Notes under the pieces: generated by a model
Told to the model about the DNA's origin: nothing
Databases searched by the model: none
The model's input: only the letters and a program-made list of their open reading frames with translations
Origin: an uncultured Clostridia bacterium
GTDB taxonomy: Bacteria > Bacillota > Clostridia > TANB77 > CAG-508
Direction: 5' to 3'
Length of the DNA: 64,000 nt
NCBI GenBank assembly: GCA_934120675.1
Contig: CAKOUU010000004.1
Location: 9,918 to 73,917, forward strand
In this document: in pieces, positions 50,388-60,643 of the stretch
Position numbering within the stretch: the first letter of the stretch is position 1
Layout of the letters: every line of letters begins with the position of its first letter
Made by a program: the position numbers and the translations under genes

Positions 50388-50924
50388 TTAATCTTTCATA
50401 TAATTATCTATTTTCTTCATAAATATTATTCTATCGATAATATCTAATATACCATAGATTACTATTATAATTCCCATTGTTGTAAGCACTATATCTTTAT
50501 TGATTAAGATTATAATACCTGCAAGCATCATAAGTAATGAAAATAATACTGATGCTGTCCAATATGGTGATTTAACTTGTTTCCATACTAAAGCAGTTTG
50601 GAAATCCATAACTCCAGCCGCAATTATCCATATTCCTAATATAATTCTGAATAATGATAAAATTGCATCTGATGCAAATATTACTATAACACCAAAAATT
50701 ACAGAAATTAATGCAATTGTTAATAAATAATCTTCTTTTGTTTCTGAAGTATAATATTCTACTAATTTTAGGACTCCCATTGCAATAAATACTATTCCAA
50801 GTATTATTGAAATTGCACCTAAAGTTTCATTTGGTTTTGCTATAAGTAGTGCTCCAAATAGTACAAATATTAGTGAAATAACTATGTCTGTCCAACTTGA
50901 TCTTTTCAAAAACTTTTCAACCAT
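50388..50924 (-). CDS. HdeD-like (DUF308) membrane protein
   Basis: ~178 aa from ATG 50924 (RBS GAGGGAG) with six TM helices in repeated pairs typical of DUF308. Confidence 0.6.
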   Translation of the reverse strand: MVEKFLKRSSWTDIVISLIFVLFGALLIAKPNETLGAISIILGIVFIAMGVLKLVEYYTSETKEDYLLTIALISVIFGVIVIFASDAILSLFRIILGIWIIAAGVMDFQTALVWKQVKSPYWTASVLFSLLMMLAGIIILINKDIVLTTMGIIIVIYGILDIIDRIIFMKKIDNYMKD

Positions 50925-51055
50925 GGCTACTCCCTCACTTTCTTTTGTATTTTCATACATAATATCACAATAGTAAAAAAAAGTACACATATTTCGAAAA
51001 AATTTTACAAAAAAATACAAAAAAAAAATAGCACTATAATGTGCTACTAAAATAC

Positions 51056-51247
51056 TTATGCATTTTCAGTTTCTTTTTTTGTTACTACTTGTTTTCCATC
51101 ATAGTATCCACAGTTTGAGCAAACTCTATGTGGCATTACAGGTTCTTTACAATTTGGGCAAGTAGCAAATTTTGGTTCTTCTTTTTTCCATGTTGATCTT
51201 TTTGAATGTGTTCTTGCTTTTGACCATCTTCTTTTTGGTTGTGCCAT
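51056..51247 (-). CDS. rpmF: 50S ribosomal protein L32
   Basis: MAQPKRRWSKARTHSKRS... with a CxxC...CxxC zinc knuckle. 63 aa. Confidence 0.9.
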   Translation of the reverse strand: MAQPKRRWSKARTHSKRSTWKKEEPKFATCPNCKEPVMPHRVCSNCGYYDGKQVVTKKETENA

Positions 51248-51320
51248 TTCTATTCCCCCCTTGCTAAAAGATATATATTTTATATCTGTTTGAAATTTTT
51301 ATCATTTTTTGCACTATAAA

Positions 51321-51349
51321 ATTATACAAGTAATTTTTGTATTTGTCAA
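51321..51349 (-). promoter_or_regulatory. consensus sigma-A promoter TTGACA-N17-TATAAT for rpmF
   Basis: On the minus strand, TTGACA is at 51349-51344 and TATAAT at 51326-51321. It abuts the CarD-family gene stop codon. Confidence 0.6.
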
Positions 51350-51913
51350 CTAGTTTGTTGAAGTATTTCCATCAAATGGTATAAATTTATTTACAATGCT
51401 TTGTTGTTCTACACCTTCAGCTCTAAATGTCATAAATGATGTATTGATTTTATTTTCTATTTCTTCTTCTATAACATCTTGAGTTGCATGTTCTGCTAAA
51501 ACTAATTCGCTAACTAATATTTGTTTTGCATTATTAAGCATCTTTTTTTCTCCTGTTGAAAGGCCTTTTTCTTTTTGTTTAAAGCTTAAATTTCTAACAA
51601 CATCTGCAACTTCATATATATCTCCACTCTTCATTTTGTCCATATTGTCTCTATATCTCTTGTTCCAATTTTTTTCCATTTCTGTTTCGTCTTGACTAAG
51701 TACTGTAAAAACTTTTTCTGCTGATTGTTTATCTATAATATTTCTTACACCTACTTCTTCTGCCTTTGCAATTGGTATCATAACCTTAACTTCACTTGGC
51801 ATTTTTAGTATGTAATAAGATTGTTTCTCTCCTAAAATATCTTTTTCCTCTATTGAATCTATTGTCCCTGCTCCGTGCATTGGGTAAACTATCTTGTCTC
51901 CTACATTAAACAT
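51350..51913 (-). CDS. CarD family transcriptional regulator
   Basis: FNVGDKIVYPMHGAGTIDSIEEKDILGEKQSYYIL matches the CarD_CdnL_TRCF N-domain. ATG 51913 follows AAGGAG. Confidence 0.8.
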   Translation of the reverse strand: MFNVGDKIVYPMHGAGTIDSIEEKDILGEKQSYYILKMPSEVKVMIPIAKAEEVGVRNIIDKQSAEKVFTVLSQDETEMEKNWNKRYRDNMDKMKSGDIYEVADVVRNLSFKQKEKGLSTGEKKMLNNAKQILVSELVLAEHATQDVIEEEIENKINTSFMTFRAEGVEQQSIVNKFIPFDGNTSTN

Positions 51914-52100
51914 GTAAGTCAACTCCTTTCAATTTTGTTTATATTCTTTTTGTTTATATCCAAAGACAAAATTCAAAATGCTTAACTTTATTTTTATCTC
52001 TAATATAAATTTTTCAGCAAAAAAATATTATAAAGTTATGTCTATATGAAATAACTTTATTGGATTTTTTAACCATATTTATTATACAACAAAAAAACAA

Positions 52101-52128
52101 AAAAGTCAAAGCTTTTATTTTGACTTTT
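52101..52128 (-). terminator. intrinsic terminator
   Basis: aaaagtcaaa / tttgactttt stem followed by a T run on the minus strand. Confidence 0.65.
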
Positions 52129-52214
52129 TATGTTATTTTGTGTTCTTTTGCTACAGCTTCTAAGGTATTATTTTTTTATAATTTTATTTTCATTTTTTTA
52201 ACCTGACCCAATGT

Positions 52215-53039
52215 TTAATTTTCTAGTTCTTTCAATGCTTGCATATATTGTTCTTCATTTGGTGCTTTTCCATGCCATTCAACTTTATTTTCCATAAAAG
52301 AGATTCCTTTTCCTTTTACAGTTTTTACAATTATACAAACCGGCTTACCTTTTACATTTCTAGCAACATCAAATGCATCTATTATTTCCTGATAATTATG
52401 TCCGTCAATATTTATTACCTGGAATCCAAAACTTTTAAATTTTTCATCAATTGGATATGAACTCATTACTTCTTCAATAGTACCATCAATTTGTAAATTA
52501 TTATTATCAACAATTACACACAAATTATCTAATTTATATTTATTTGATGCCATTGCAGCTTCCCAAACTTGTCCTTCTTCTATTTCACCATCACCCATAA
52601 TGCAATACACTCTATAATCTTTTTTATCTAATTTTCCAGCAATAGCCATTCCATTTGCAGCAGATAATCCTTGTCCTAGAGAACCTGTTGTCATGTCAAC
52701 GCCTGGTATTTTTTTCATATCTGGATGTCCTTGTAATCTGCTATCAATGTGTCTTAGTGTTTTTAATTCTTCTATATTAAAATATCCTCTGTTTGCTAAT
52801 GTTGAATATAATGCTGGTGCGCAATGTCCTTTTGATAAAACAAGTCTGTCTCTATTTTCATCTTTTGGATTTTTTGGATCAATATTCATTTCATAAAAAT
52901 ATAACACTGCCATTATATCTGCAATTGATAATGAACCTCCCGGATGTCCAGATTTTCCACTATATACTGCTTCAATTATTCCTTTTCTAATGTCTTTTGC
53001 AATTTCTTTTAATTTTATAATATCACTTATTTTCTCCAT
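52215..53039 (-). CDS. transketolase, N-terminal (thiamine diphosphate-binding) subunit
   Basis: 274 aa. SGHPGGSLS, SKGHCAPALY and GDGEIEEGQVWEA motifs. Confidence 0.9.
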   Translation of the reverse strand: MEKISDIIKLKEIAKDIRKGIIEAVYSGKSGHPGGSLSIADIMAVLYFYEMNIDPKNPKDENRDRLVLSKGHCAPALYSTLANRGYFNIEELKTLRHIDSRLQGHPDMKKIPGVDMTTGSLGQGLSAANGMAIAGKLDKKDYRVYCIMGDGEIEEGQVWEAAMASNKYKLDNLCVIVDNNNLQIDGTIEEVMSSYPIDEKFKSFGFQVINIDGHNYQEIIDAFDVARNVKGKPVCIIVKTVKGKGISFMENKVEWHGKAPNEEQYMQALKELEN

Positions 53040-53207
53040 ATGTACTCTCCTAACTTTTTATTATCATTCGTTATGCTTATTATATAATTAATATGCATTT
53101 TATTCAACCTTTTTAATATAATTTATGATATAATAACAACATAGTGTTGCATTAACATATTTAAAAAAATGCTAACTATAGCAACATATTAGAAAGGTGT
53201 GATATAT

Positions 53208-54620
53208 ATGTTTGAAAAATGCTTAAACAAAGATGAACTTATAAAAAATTTACAAGAACTTATCAAAATTCCAAGTGTTCATTCTGAATCAGCCAATGTA
53301 AATGAACCATTTGGTGAAAATACCGTAAAAGCACTTGAATACGTTTTAAATTTAGGAAAAAGACTTGGATTCAAAACAAAGAATATTGATGGTTATTGTG
53401 GATATATTGAATTCGGAGAAGGTCCTGAATTAATTGGAATTGTGGGACATTTGGATGTCGTACCAGAGGGAGAAAATTGGACCTATCCTCCATTTGAAGC
53501 ACATATTGAAAACAATAAAATTTATGGCAGAGGCGCTATCGACGATAAAGGACCTGTTATGGCAAGTCTATATGCAATGAAAACAGTTATGGACTATTGT
53601 TCTGAAAATAATATTTCTATAAATAAAAGAGTTAGATTAATCTTAGGTCTAAATGAAGAAAGAGACTGGAAATGTATTAAATATTACAAAGAACATGAGG
53701 AAGTTCCTTCTATTGGTTTTAGCCCTGATGCTGATTTTCCTTGTATATATGCAGAAAAAGGTTTATTGTCTCCATTTTTAATTATGGACTATTCTAATTT
53801 TAAAGATAAAGATATTGTTTTAAGTGATATTGACTGCAATAATAATCCTTTGAATGTTGTACCAAAATATTGTAGCTGCATAATTTCTGCTAAAAATAAT
53901 ATTGACATCAATGATGTAGTTTCTTTTGTAAAAAATGTTATTAATGAACAATCTTTTAAAATTGATATTGAAATTTTAAATAATAATCAAATAAAACTAA
54001 TATCTCGTGGTGTTCAAGCACATGCTGCACATCCTGATTTAGGTATAAATGCTATAACTAATTTGATTATTATTTTGGATAAATTATTTAAGAATTATGA
54101 TATTGTTATACCTTTATTTGGTTTATTTACTCAATATATTGGTCTTGATTATAATGGAAATAAATTAGGAATTAATGTTCCTGATGAGTCAGGAGAACTT
54201 ACTTTAAATGTTGGAAAATTTTATTTTAAAGGTGATGAATTAAAAATTGGATTTAATTTAAGAGTTCCTATTAATACTACCTTTGAATTTATAGCCAATA
54301 AATTTACAGAAGTTAGTAAAAATTATGGTGATGTTCATTGTGAACTTGGTGGTAAAATGAATCCTTTATATGTTCCAAAAGATTCATATTTAGTTAAAAC
54401 TCTTTGCAAAATTTATAATGATGTTACTAATTCTAATGCAGAACCTATTGCTATTGGTGGTGCTACCTATGCTCGTGCTTTTGATAATTTTGTTTCTTTT
54501 GGTGCCAATTTACCTGGTCAAAAAGATATGTGCCATCAAACTGATGAGTTTGTTTCTATTGATAATTTACTTTTGGCATATGAGATTTATTGTAGGGCTA
54601 TTTATGAACTTTTACATTAA
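53208..54620 (+). CDS. pepV: M20-family dipeptidase (PepV/Sapep-like)
   Basis: GHLDVVPEG, GRGAIDDKGP and LNEE motifs. ~470 aa from ATG 53208 (RBS GAAAGG). Confidence 0.8.
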   Translation: MFEKCLNKDELIKNLQELIKIPSVHSESANVNEPFGENTVKALEYVLNLGKRLGFKTKNIDGYCGYIEFGEGPELIGIVGHLDVVPEGENWTYPPFEAHIENNKIYGRGAIDDKGPVMASLYAMKTVMDYCSENNISINKRVRLILGLNEERDWKCIKYYKEHEEVPSIGFSPDADFPCIYAEKGLLSPFLIMDYSNFKDKDIVLSDIDCNNNPLNVVPKYCSCIISAKNNIDINDVVSFVKNVINEQSFKIDIEILNNNQIKLISRGVQAHAAHPDLGINAITNLIIILDKLFKNYDIVIPLFGLFTQYIGLDYNGNKLGINVPDESGELTLNVGKFYFKGDELKIGFNLRVPINTTFEFIANKFTEVSKNYGDVHCELGGKMNPLYVPKDSYLVKTLCKIYNDVTNSNAEPIAIGGATYARAFDNFVSFGANLPGQKDMCHQTDEFVSIDNLLLAYEIYCRAIYELLH

Positions 54621-54655
54621 GAAAGTTGTATAACTTTCCTAATATATAAAAAAAG

Positions 54656-54686
54656 AGGGATTTAGGTTCGTAGACCCATAATCCCT
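54656..54686. terminator. bidirectional terminator, diverged GGGATT...AATCCC family member
   Basis: agggatt...aatccct stem with an inner ggt/acc pairing, between the convergent pepV and ftsH. Confidence 0.6.
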
Positions 54687-54687
54687 T

Positions 54688-56481
54688 TTATTCTCCAAAA
54701 ATTTCTTTAAATTCCTGTTCATTTATTTTCTCTTGAGCAAGCAATGTCTGAGCAATAGCATCTAATTTATCTCTATGTTCAATCAATAACTTTTGTGCAT
54801 TATTATATGCCTCATCAATTAATGATTTAACTTCTGCCCCAATTTTATCACCAATATTTTCTCCAAAAACAAACATATCATTTTGCTCTTTACCTTGGAA
54901 ATCAATTGGTCCTAAATTGTCGCTCATACCGTATTTTGTAACCATTTCTCTTGCTATTTTTGTTGCAACTTCTATATCATTACTAGCTCCTGTTGAAATA
55001 TCGTCTAAAACTAATTTTTCAGCAGCTCTACCACCAAGTAATGCAACTAGTTTTTCTTTCATTTCAGTTTTTGATATATAGTATTTATCTTCGTCAGATT
55101 TATACATTGTATATCCACCAGCAACACCTCTTGGTATAATTGATACTTCTTTTACATCTGTTTGTGTTGGTAAGTATCTACTTACAACTGCATGTCCTGC
55201 TTCGTGGTATGCAGTTAATTTTTTGTCTTTTTCTGAATATACTCTTGTTTTCTTTTCTAGTCCTACTGTTACCTTTTTAACTGCTTCTTCTATATCAGAG
55301 TTTTCAATTTCTTCATGTTTATTAATTGTTGCTATAATTGCTGCTTCATTTAAAATATTTGCAAGTTCTGCACCTGTAAATCCTGCTGTATCTTCTGCAA
55401 TGCTTTCTAAGTTAACATCCTCAGATATCTTTTTATCTTCAGCATGGATTTTTAAAATTTCTAATCTTCCTTTTAAATCAGGTACTGGAATTGTTATTTG
55501 TCTATCAAATCTTCCTGGTCTTAATAGTGCTTTATCAAGCATTTCAGGTCTATTTGTTGCAGCAAGTACTATTATAGTTTCTTCTGAACTAAAACCGTCC
55601 ATCTCAACTAATAATTGGTTTAATGTTTGATTATTTTCCGTTTCTGCTCCACTATTTGATGTTCTTCTTGCTCCTATTGCATCTATTTCATCTATAAAGA
55701 CTATACAAGGAGATAATTTTCTAGCTCTATCAAATAATTTTCTAACTCTTGAAGCCCCAAGCCCTGCAAACATTTCGATAAATTCTGAACCACTCATTGA
55801 AATAAATGGTACATCTGCTTCACCAGCAATTGCTTTTGCAATTAATGTTTTACCTGTTCCTGGTTTTCCATATAATAAAACACCTTTTGGAATTTTAGCA
55901 CCCATTTTGCTGAATTTTTCTGGCTTTTTCAAAAAGTCTACAATTTCAATTAATTCTTCTTTTTCTTCATCTAAACCTGCAACATCTTTAAATTTTATTT
56001 TAGTTTTTCTTTCTGTATCGTCATATACTTGTCCTTTTTCTCCCAAACCTTGCATTTTGAAAATCATTACAAATAATGCAACCATTATTATTGTTGGTAA
56101 AAGGCTAAAAAGTGTTGTAGATAATACTGTTATTGTGCTCTTTGGTTTTTGTATTAATTCTATTTCATTTCCTTCTGCTACTTTTTCTTGAATCAATTTT
56201 ATAAAAGCTTCTGTATTTGGAACAATTGATTTTTTTTCTTCTTCTACATTTTTCATTTTTACTTTTACAGATGTACTTCCAACTGTCATTTCTATTTTTT
56301 CAATATTACCATATGACATTTCTTTTATTAAGTCTGTATATGCTAATGTTTTATCGTCTTTTCCGCTCTTATTAGCTACAAAATAAACTGCTATTCCTGC
56401 CAAAATGATTACTATTGCTACTAATATCATTGCTGATATTAGTAGTTTTTTATTATTTTTACCATTTTTATTTTTATTCAT
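54688..56481 (-). CDS. ftsH: ATP-dependent zinc metalloprotease FtsH
   Basis: AAA Walker A GKPGTGKT, SRH and zinc site HEAGHA. 597 aa. Confidence 0.95.
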   Translation of the reverse strand: MNKNKNGKNNKKLLISAMILVAIVIILAGIAVYFVANKSGKDDKTLAYTDLIKEMSYGNIEKIEMTVGSTSVKVKMKNVEEEKKSIVPNTEAFIKLIQEKVAEGNEIELIQKPKSTITVLSTTLFSLLPTIIMVALFVMIFKMQGLGEKGQVYDDTERKTKIKFKDVAGLDEEKEELIEIVDFLKKPEKFSKMGAKIPKGVLLYGKPGTGKTLIAKAIAGEADVPFISMSGSEFIEMFAGLGASRVRKLFDRARKLSPCIVFIDEIDAIGARRTSNSGAETENNQTLNQLLVEMDGFSSEETIIVLAATNRPEMLDKALLRPGRFDRQITIPVPDLKGRLEILKIHAEDKKISEDVNLESIAEDTAGFTGAELANILNEAAIIATINKHEEIENSDIEEAVKKVTVGLEKKTRVYSEKDKKLTAYHEAGHAVVSRYLPTQTDVKEVSIIPRGVAGGYTMYKSDEDKYYISKTEMKEKLVALLGGRAAEKLVLDDISTGASNDIEVATKIAREMVTKYGMSDNLGPIDFQGKEQNDMFVFGENIGDKIGAEVKSLIDEAYNNAQKLLIEHRDKLDAIAQTLLAQEKINEQEFKEIFGE

Positions 56482-56550
56482 TAATTTTTAGTTCCTTTCT
56501 AACTGTAACATTTTATTTTATATATTTGAATACTTTTTAAGTACATATTT

Positions 56551-57675
56551 TTATGCATTTGAACCTTCTGGTTCTCCAGGCTCATTTTTTTCTTCTGTAG
56601 TTTCTTTATCTTTAGACTTTTCTTTTTTCTTTTTTGTTTCTTTCTTTTCTGATTTTTTTGTATCTTCTTTATTGTTTTCTTCTTCCTGTTTTTGTTCTTC
56701 TTTTACTTCTTTTTCTACTTCAACAATTTTTTGAACTTCTCCCTGTTTTTTATTAAATTCTGATTTTAGCATAAAAATCGCTGCAAGTATATAAATAGTT
56801 GATATCATTACATACATAACATCAAAATATGAAATTGCATATTTATAAAATGTATTTACAATTATATATATTATGTTTAAAATTGTAGGCAACGTGATTG
56901 AATATACTGCCATATTAAATACTGCAACAAATCTAATTTTCAATTTTAAAATCATTGTTGCTAAGAACCCAACCATACTTATAATAATGATATAAAATAA
57001 TGTATTTATTAAATATACAGCAAATGCGTAAATAAATAATGTTAAAAATAGATTTGAATAATATTTAAACATAGTGCTTCCAGTTAAATAATCTATTAAT
57101 TGTTGTTTGTTGAATTCTGTTATTCCCATTTGTCCAAATAAATCTTCATAATTATAATTTGCACTTCCACTTACTCCTGAAGTTTTCAAAATCAACTTAT
57201 TCTTTAAGATGATTACTGCATTTTCTTCATCTTTTACATCACTTACATATTTATTTATTTGTTGTTCGTCATCAGTATTTGTGTCAACAATTATTTTTCC
57301 AAACTCTTCATTTTCATCAATTATTGCTTCTGAATTTTCTACTTTTAATGTATTTTCTGAGTATGTTAAATTAGGAATATTTTGGTCTATATATTGAGAT
57401 ATTTTATTTACCACTAAACTTGTTTTGTATATAGTCGAAGCTGCTGCTATAACTCCTATTACCAAAATAAGCATTGCTAAATATTTTAATGCACTTTTTA
57501 GTCCCTCTGCAGAAAGCTCTGCATATCTTTCTATTTTATCAATTGAATACCAAACTTTTTTAAAAAATCCTTTTTTTAATTCTTTATTTTCAACTTCAGA
57601 CTCTTTATCTATTTTTTCTTTTTTTGTATCATTTATTGTGTCTTTATTCTCTATTTTATCTTCTTTTTTCTTCAT
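56551..57675 (-). CDS. polytopic membrane protein with Lys/Glu-rich termini
   Basis: ~374 aa. ATG 57675 lies 1 nt after the alr stop. Several TM helices. The highly charged C-terminal tail is EKEVKEEQKQEEENNKEDTKKSEKKETKKKKEKSK. Confidence 0.55.
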   Translation of the reverse strand: MKKKEDKIENKDTINDTKKEKIDKESEVENKELKKGFFKKVWYSIDKIERYAELSAEGLKSALKYLAMLILVIGVIAAASTIYKTSLVVNKISQYIDQNIPNLTYSENTLKVENSEAIIDENEEFGKIIVDTNTDDEQQINKYVSDVKDEENAVIILKNKLILKTSGVSGSANYNYEDLFGQMGITEFNKQQLIDYLTGSTMFKYYSNLFLTLFIYAFAVYLINTLFYIIIISMVGFLATMILKLKIRFVAVFNMAVYSITLPTILNIIYIIVNTFYKYAISYFDVMYVMISTIYILAAIFMLKSEFNKKQGEVQKIVEVEKEVKEEQKQEEENNKEDTKKSEKKETKKKKEKSKDKETTEEKNEPGEPEGSNA

Positions 57676-57676
57676 A

Positions 57677-58816
57677 TTAGATCCATTCCCTCCTAACACT
57701 ACTATCAATATGTTTTATATTAGCATTAAATATGACTTCATCACCTATATTTACATTTTTTCCTGTTATATCTACTGTAACATGATAAGTTCCTACTCTT
57801 CCTAGTACTGGGCATTTTTTGCCGTTTATAGTTACAAATATTTGTTGTTTTTTAAAAGCATCTTTTATATCTCTTACTATGTATCTTATTTTATCAACTA
57901 GTCTAAACATATCTCTTCCTGTTTGAATATTTACCCCATCCATATATCCTGTTGGAACTATTGCAACTTTTGTATCTCTTTTGGTTTTATACACATTTGA
58001 ATATCCAATATTAAAGTCTTTAGGTAATTCTTTTATTTCTGCAACATTTGATTTTAAATATCCTATCTTTTTTAGTCCCATAGAGTTACTAAAAGATATC
58101 CTTCCTGTAAAAGCTGAACCTACTCTTACAGCATTTAAATGCATATTTGGAAATTTTATAAATGCTGATGTGTTACATACATGCAACATTCCTGTTTCGA
58201 TTTCGTTCATTTTTAATGTTTCAATACATTTAATAAATCTATCAAATTGTGTTTTTGTGTAGTTATCATCGTAATACGCATTTGAAAAATGTGTAAATGT
58301 TCCTTCAATCTTTACATTTTTTAACGGTTTTATTGTTTTAACAATTTCCTCTCTTTTGCTATAGATAAAACCATATCTTCCAAATCCTGTGTCTATTTTT
58401 AAATGTGCTTTTATTTTTTTATTTAGTTCTTGTCCAATGTTTTCAATAACTTCAGCTGATTCTTTTGAACCAATTGTTACAATAATATCATTATCAATTA
58501 GAGTTTTAACTTCTTCCTTAATAGATGTTGAAGATAGCATTAAAACTTTTGCTTCTTTTTCTGTAATTCCAGCTTGTCTTATTTTTAATGCTTCTTCTAT
58601 TGTTGAAACTGCTAAAAAATCCATTCCATTATCTATTAAAAACTTTGAATATTCAACAATTCCAAGTCCATATCCATTTGCTTTTACAACTGCTATTATC
58701 TTTACTTTTTTTCCATTATCGTCTGGTAAATTTTTTTCTGCATATTCTTTTATTTTTTCTATGTTATATCTTAAATCTTCTTTATTTATTACTACAGAAT
58801 TCACATTTTCCTCCAA
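57677..58816 (-). CDS. alr: alanine racemase
   Basis: 379 aa with PLP-Lys motif AVVKANGYGLG and a C-terminal beta domain. Confidence 0.85.
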   Translation of the reverse strand: MEENVNSVVINKEDLRYNIEKIKEYAEKNLPDDNGKKVKIIAVVKANGYGLGIVEYSKFLIDNGMDFLAVSTIEEALKIRQAGITEKEAKVLMLSSTSIKEEVKTLIDNDIIVTIGSKESAEVIENIGQELNKKIKAHLKIDTGFGRYGFIYSKREEIVKTIKPLKNVKIEGTFTHFSNAYYDDNYTKTQFDRFIKCIETLKMNEIETGMLHVCNTSAFIKFPNMHLNAVRVGSAFTGRISFSNSMGLKKIGYLKSNVAEIKELPKDFNIGYSNVYKTKRDTKVAIVPTGYMDGVNIQTGRDMFRLVDKIRYIVRDIKDAFKKQQIFVTINGKKCPVLGRVGTYHVTVDITGKNVNIGDEVIFNANIKHIDSSVRREWI

Positions 58817-58933
58817 TATTTTTTCCTTTTGATTTTTAGGACAGTTCTTTTGTCTATTCTATCTTTATATTTTCTACTTATTTTCCATTTGAAATAAATG
58901 TCCCTAAAAGAACCATCCTTAAAAGGACATTTT

Positions 58934-59995
58934 TTATTTGTTTAACTTTCTTTTCATTTGCCTTAAAGTTCTAAATGCTTTTTCTGAGAATTTGTATAAT
59001 CTATATTTTACTGGTTTAAATGGTATGTATATTTCTCCTATAAACTCTGTGAATTTTGCTCCAAATCCTTTTTTGAATCTATATAGTCCATATTGAGGAT
59101 GATTTTCATCAACAACTCCAGATACACCTCTAAAGTCATATATATCATCATGTCTTGCTATTGCCATTTTTATCATTTCCCATTGTAATAAATAATTTGG
59201 CATTAAATTTCTGTGTTGATTGCTACTTGCTCCATATAAATACCATGTTTTATTTCCATAGAATATTGGTATTACACCTGATATTGGTTTTCCATCGTAA
59301 TAAGCCATTAATAGTTTCATATGTCCACCTGGTACCATGTTATCATACATTTTTTCAAAGTATTCTAGTGGTCTTGTTATAAATCCATCTCTGTTTCCTG
59401 TTTCTATCATGATTTTGTGGAAGTCTTTTAAATCTTCTCTTGTTCCCTCTTTTACTGTTACTCCTTTTCTTCCTGCTAAACGGATGTTATATCTCCATTT
59501 TTGATGGAATCCTGCCATTATTTCTTCTTCTGTTTTGTCTTTTATATCTAATCTGAATACAAATCTTGGTTGTATTTCGTCTTTGAAGTCTTTTGCATCA
59601 TCTTTTATTTTATATCCTAAATTTGTTACTATGTCTCTAAATGCTTGGTCGTCTTTTTCTATATCTGGTTCTATTCTTAGACCTATCGCATTGTATTTTT
59701 TTGCTAATTCTTTTGCTCCATCTGTTAATTGTTTTAATACTGCAATATCATGTATGTCACAAACTGGTCCTCTTGATGCATACATAATGTTCCCAAATAT
59801 TGGCATTTTTCTTATCCATACACATAGTGATCCTATTATGTTTTTATCTTCGTCTTCTGCTAATATTACTTCTGGTTTCCAGTTTGGTTTCTTTATTTCT
59901 GCCCATTCTAGTGATTGTTGAAAGTTACATCTTTCGTTTTCTTCTAAAAATTTTTTGTATTGTTGTTTCGACTCTTCATCTTCTACAAATCTCAT
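58934..59995 (-). CDS. FemAB-family peptidoglycan interpeptide-bridge aminoacyltransferase
   Basis: 353 aa. FQQSLEWAEIK and YLYGASS...PNYLLQWEMI blocks are typical of FemX/FemAB. Confidence 0.8.
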   Translation of the reverse strand: MRFVEDEESKQQYKKFLEENERCNFQQSLEWAEIKKPNWKPEVILAEDEDKNIIGSLCVWIRKMPIFGNIMYASRGPVCDIHDIAVLKQLTDGAKELAKKYNAIGLRIEPDIEKDDQAFRDIVTNLGYKIKDDAKDFKDEIQPRFVFRLDIKDKTEEEIMAGFHQKWRYNIRLAGRKGVTVKEGTREDLKDFHKIMIETGNRDGFITRPLEYFEKMYDNMVPGGHMKLLMAYYDGKPISGVIPIFYGNKTWYLYGASSNQHRNLMPNYLLQWEMIKMAIARHDDIYDFRGVSGVVDENHPQYGLYRFKKGFGAKFTEFIGEIYIPFKPVKYRLYKFSEKAFRTLRQMKRKLNK

Positions 59996-60181
59996 TTTTA
60001 TTTTTTCCTCCTATTATTATTTGCAATTATTCGTATTTTACACCAAGTTGAAGAATTTTACAATAGATTTTACAGAAAATTTACACTAGCGGTTATAAGA
60101 TAATAGATTTATGGTGGTATTTGCTGATATATTGATATTTGTAGTGAACCATTATCTTGTAACCACTACAAAAAAAGAATA

Positions 60182-60199
60182 GGATGCCAATTGGCATCC
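60182..60199 (-). terminator. intrinsic terminator
   Basis: Perfect palindrome ggatgcc-aatt-ggcatcc followed by a T run on the minus strand, after the stop at 60202. Confidence 0.7.
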
Positions 60200-60201
60200 C
60201 A

Positions 60202-60531
60202 CTATTTTTTTCTGTGTTTTTCTATATACTTTTTTTTCGCTACAAATAATGACACTGCTAAATACTTAAGTTCTTCTTGTACGACCTTAGGATCAATTCC
60301 CTTTGAAATTATTATTCCTGCATTTGGTTTCAAAGTTTCCATTACATAGTAATCAAAAAATTTTTCAGCATTATTATAATTTAGATAATATTTTTTCTTT
60401 TGAAATTCCACTTCGATAGTGCATTCCGGTGTATCTAATAAAAATAAAACTTTTTCCATTAATTCTTTAAGCCTACACTCCCGTGTGCACTTCCAGCAAT
60501 CAATATTACATCCTAAATCTAAGTACTTCAT
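60202..60531 (-). CDS. small Cys-rich hypothetical protein
   Basis: ~109 aa from ATG 60531 (RBS AAAGGAG). N-terminal CNIDCWKCTREC (Cx3Cx2Cx3C). Contains an in-frame CGG at 60481-60483. Confidence 0.5.
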   Translation of the reverse strand: MKYLDLGCNIDCWKCTRECRLKELMEKVLFLLDTPECTIEVEFQKKKYYLNYNNAEKFFDYYVMETLKPNAGIIISKGIDPKVVQEELKYLAVSLFVAKKKYIEKHRKK

Positions 60532-60643
60532 AAAAACACTCCTTTCTGCATTTGTATACATATTATTTTATCAAATTCATGTTAAAAAGTCAATTTATGT
60601 AAATTAACTTTTTAAGATATTCTAAAAGTTTCATATTAGATTT

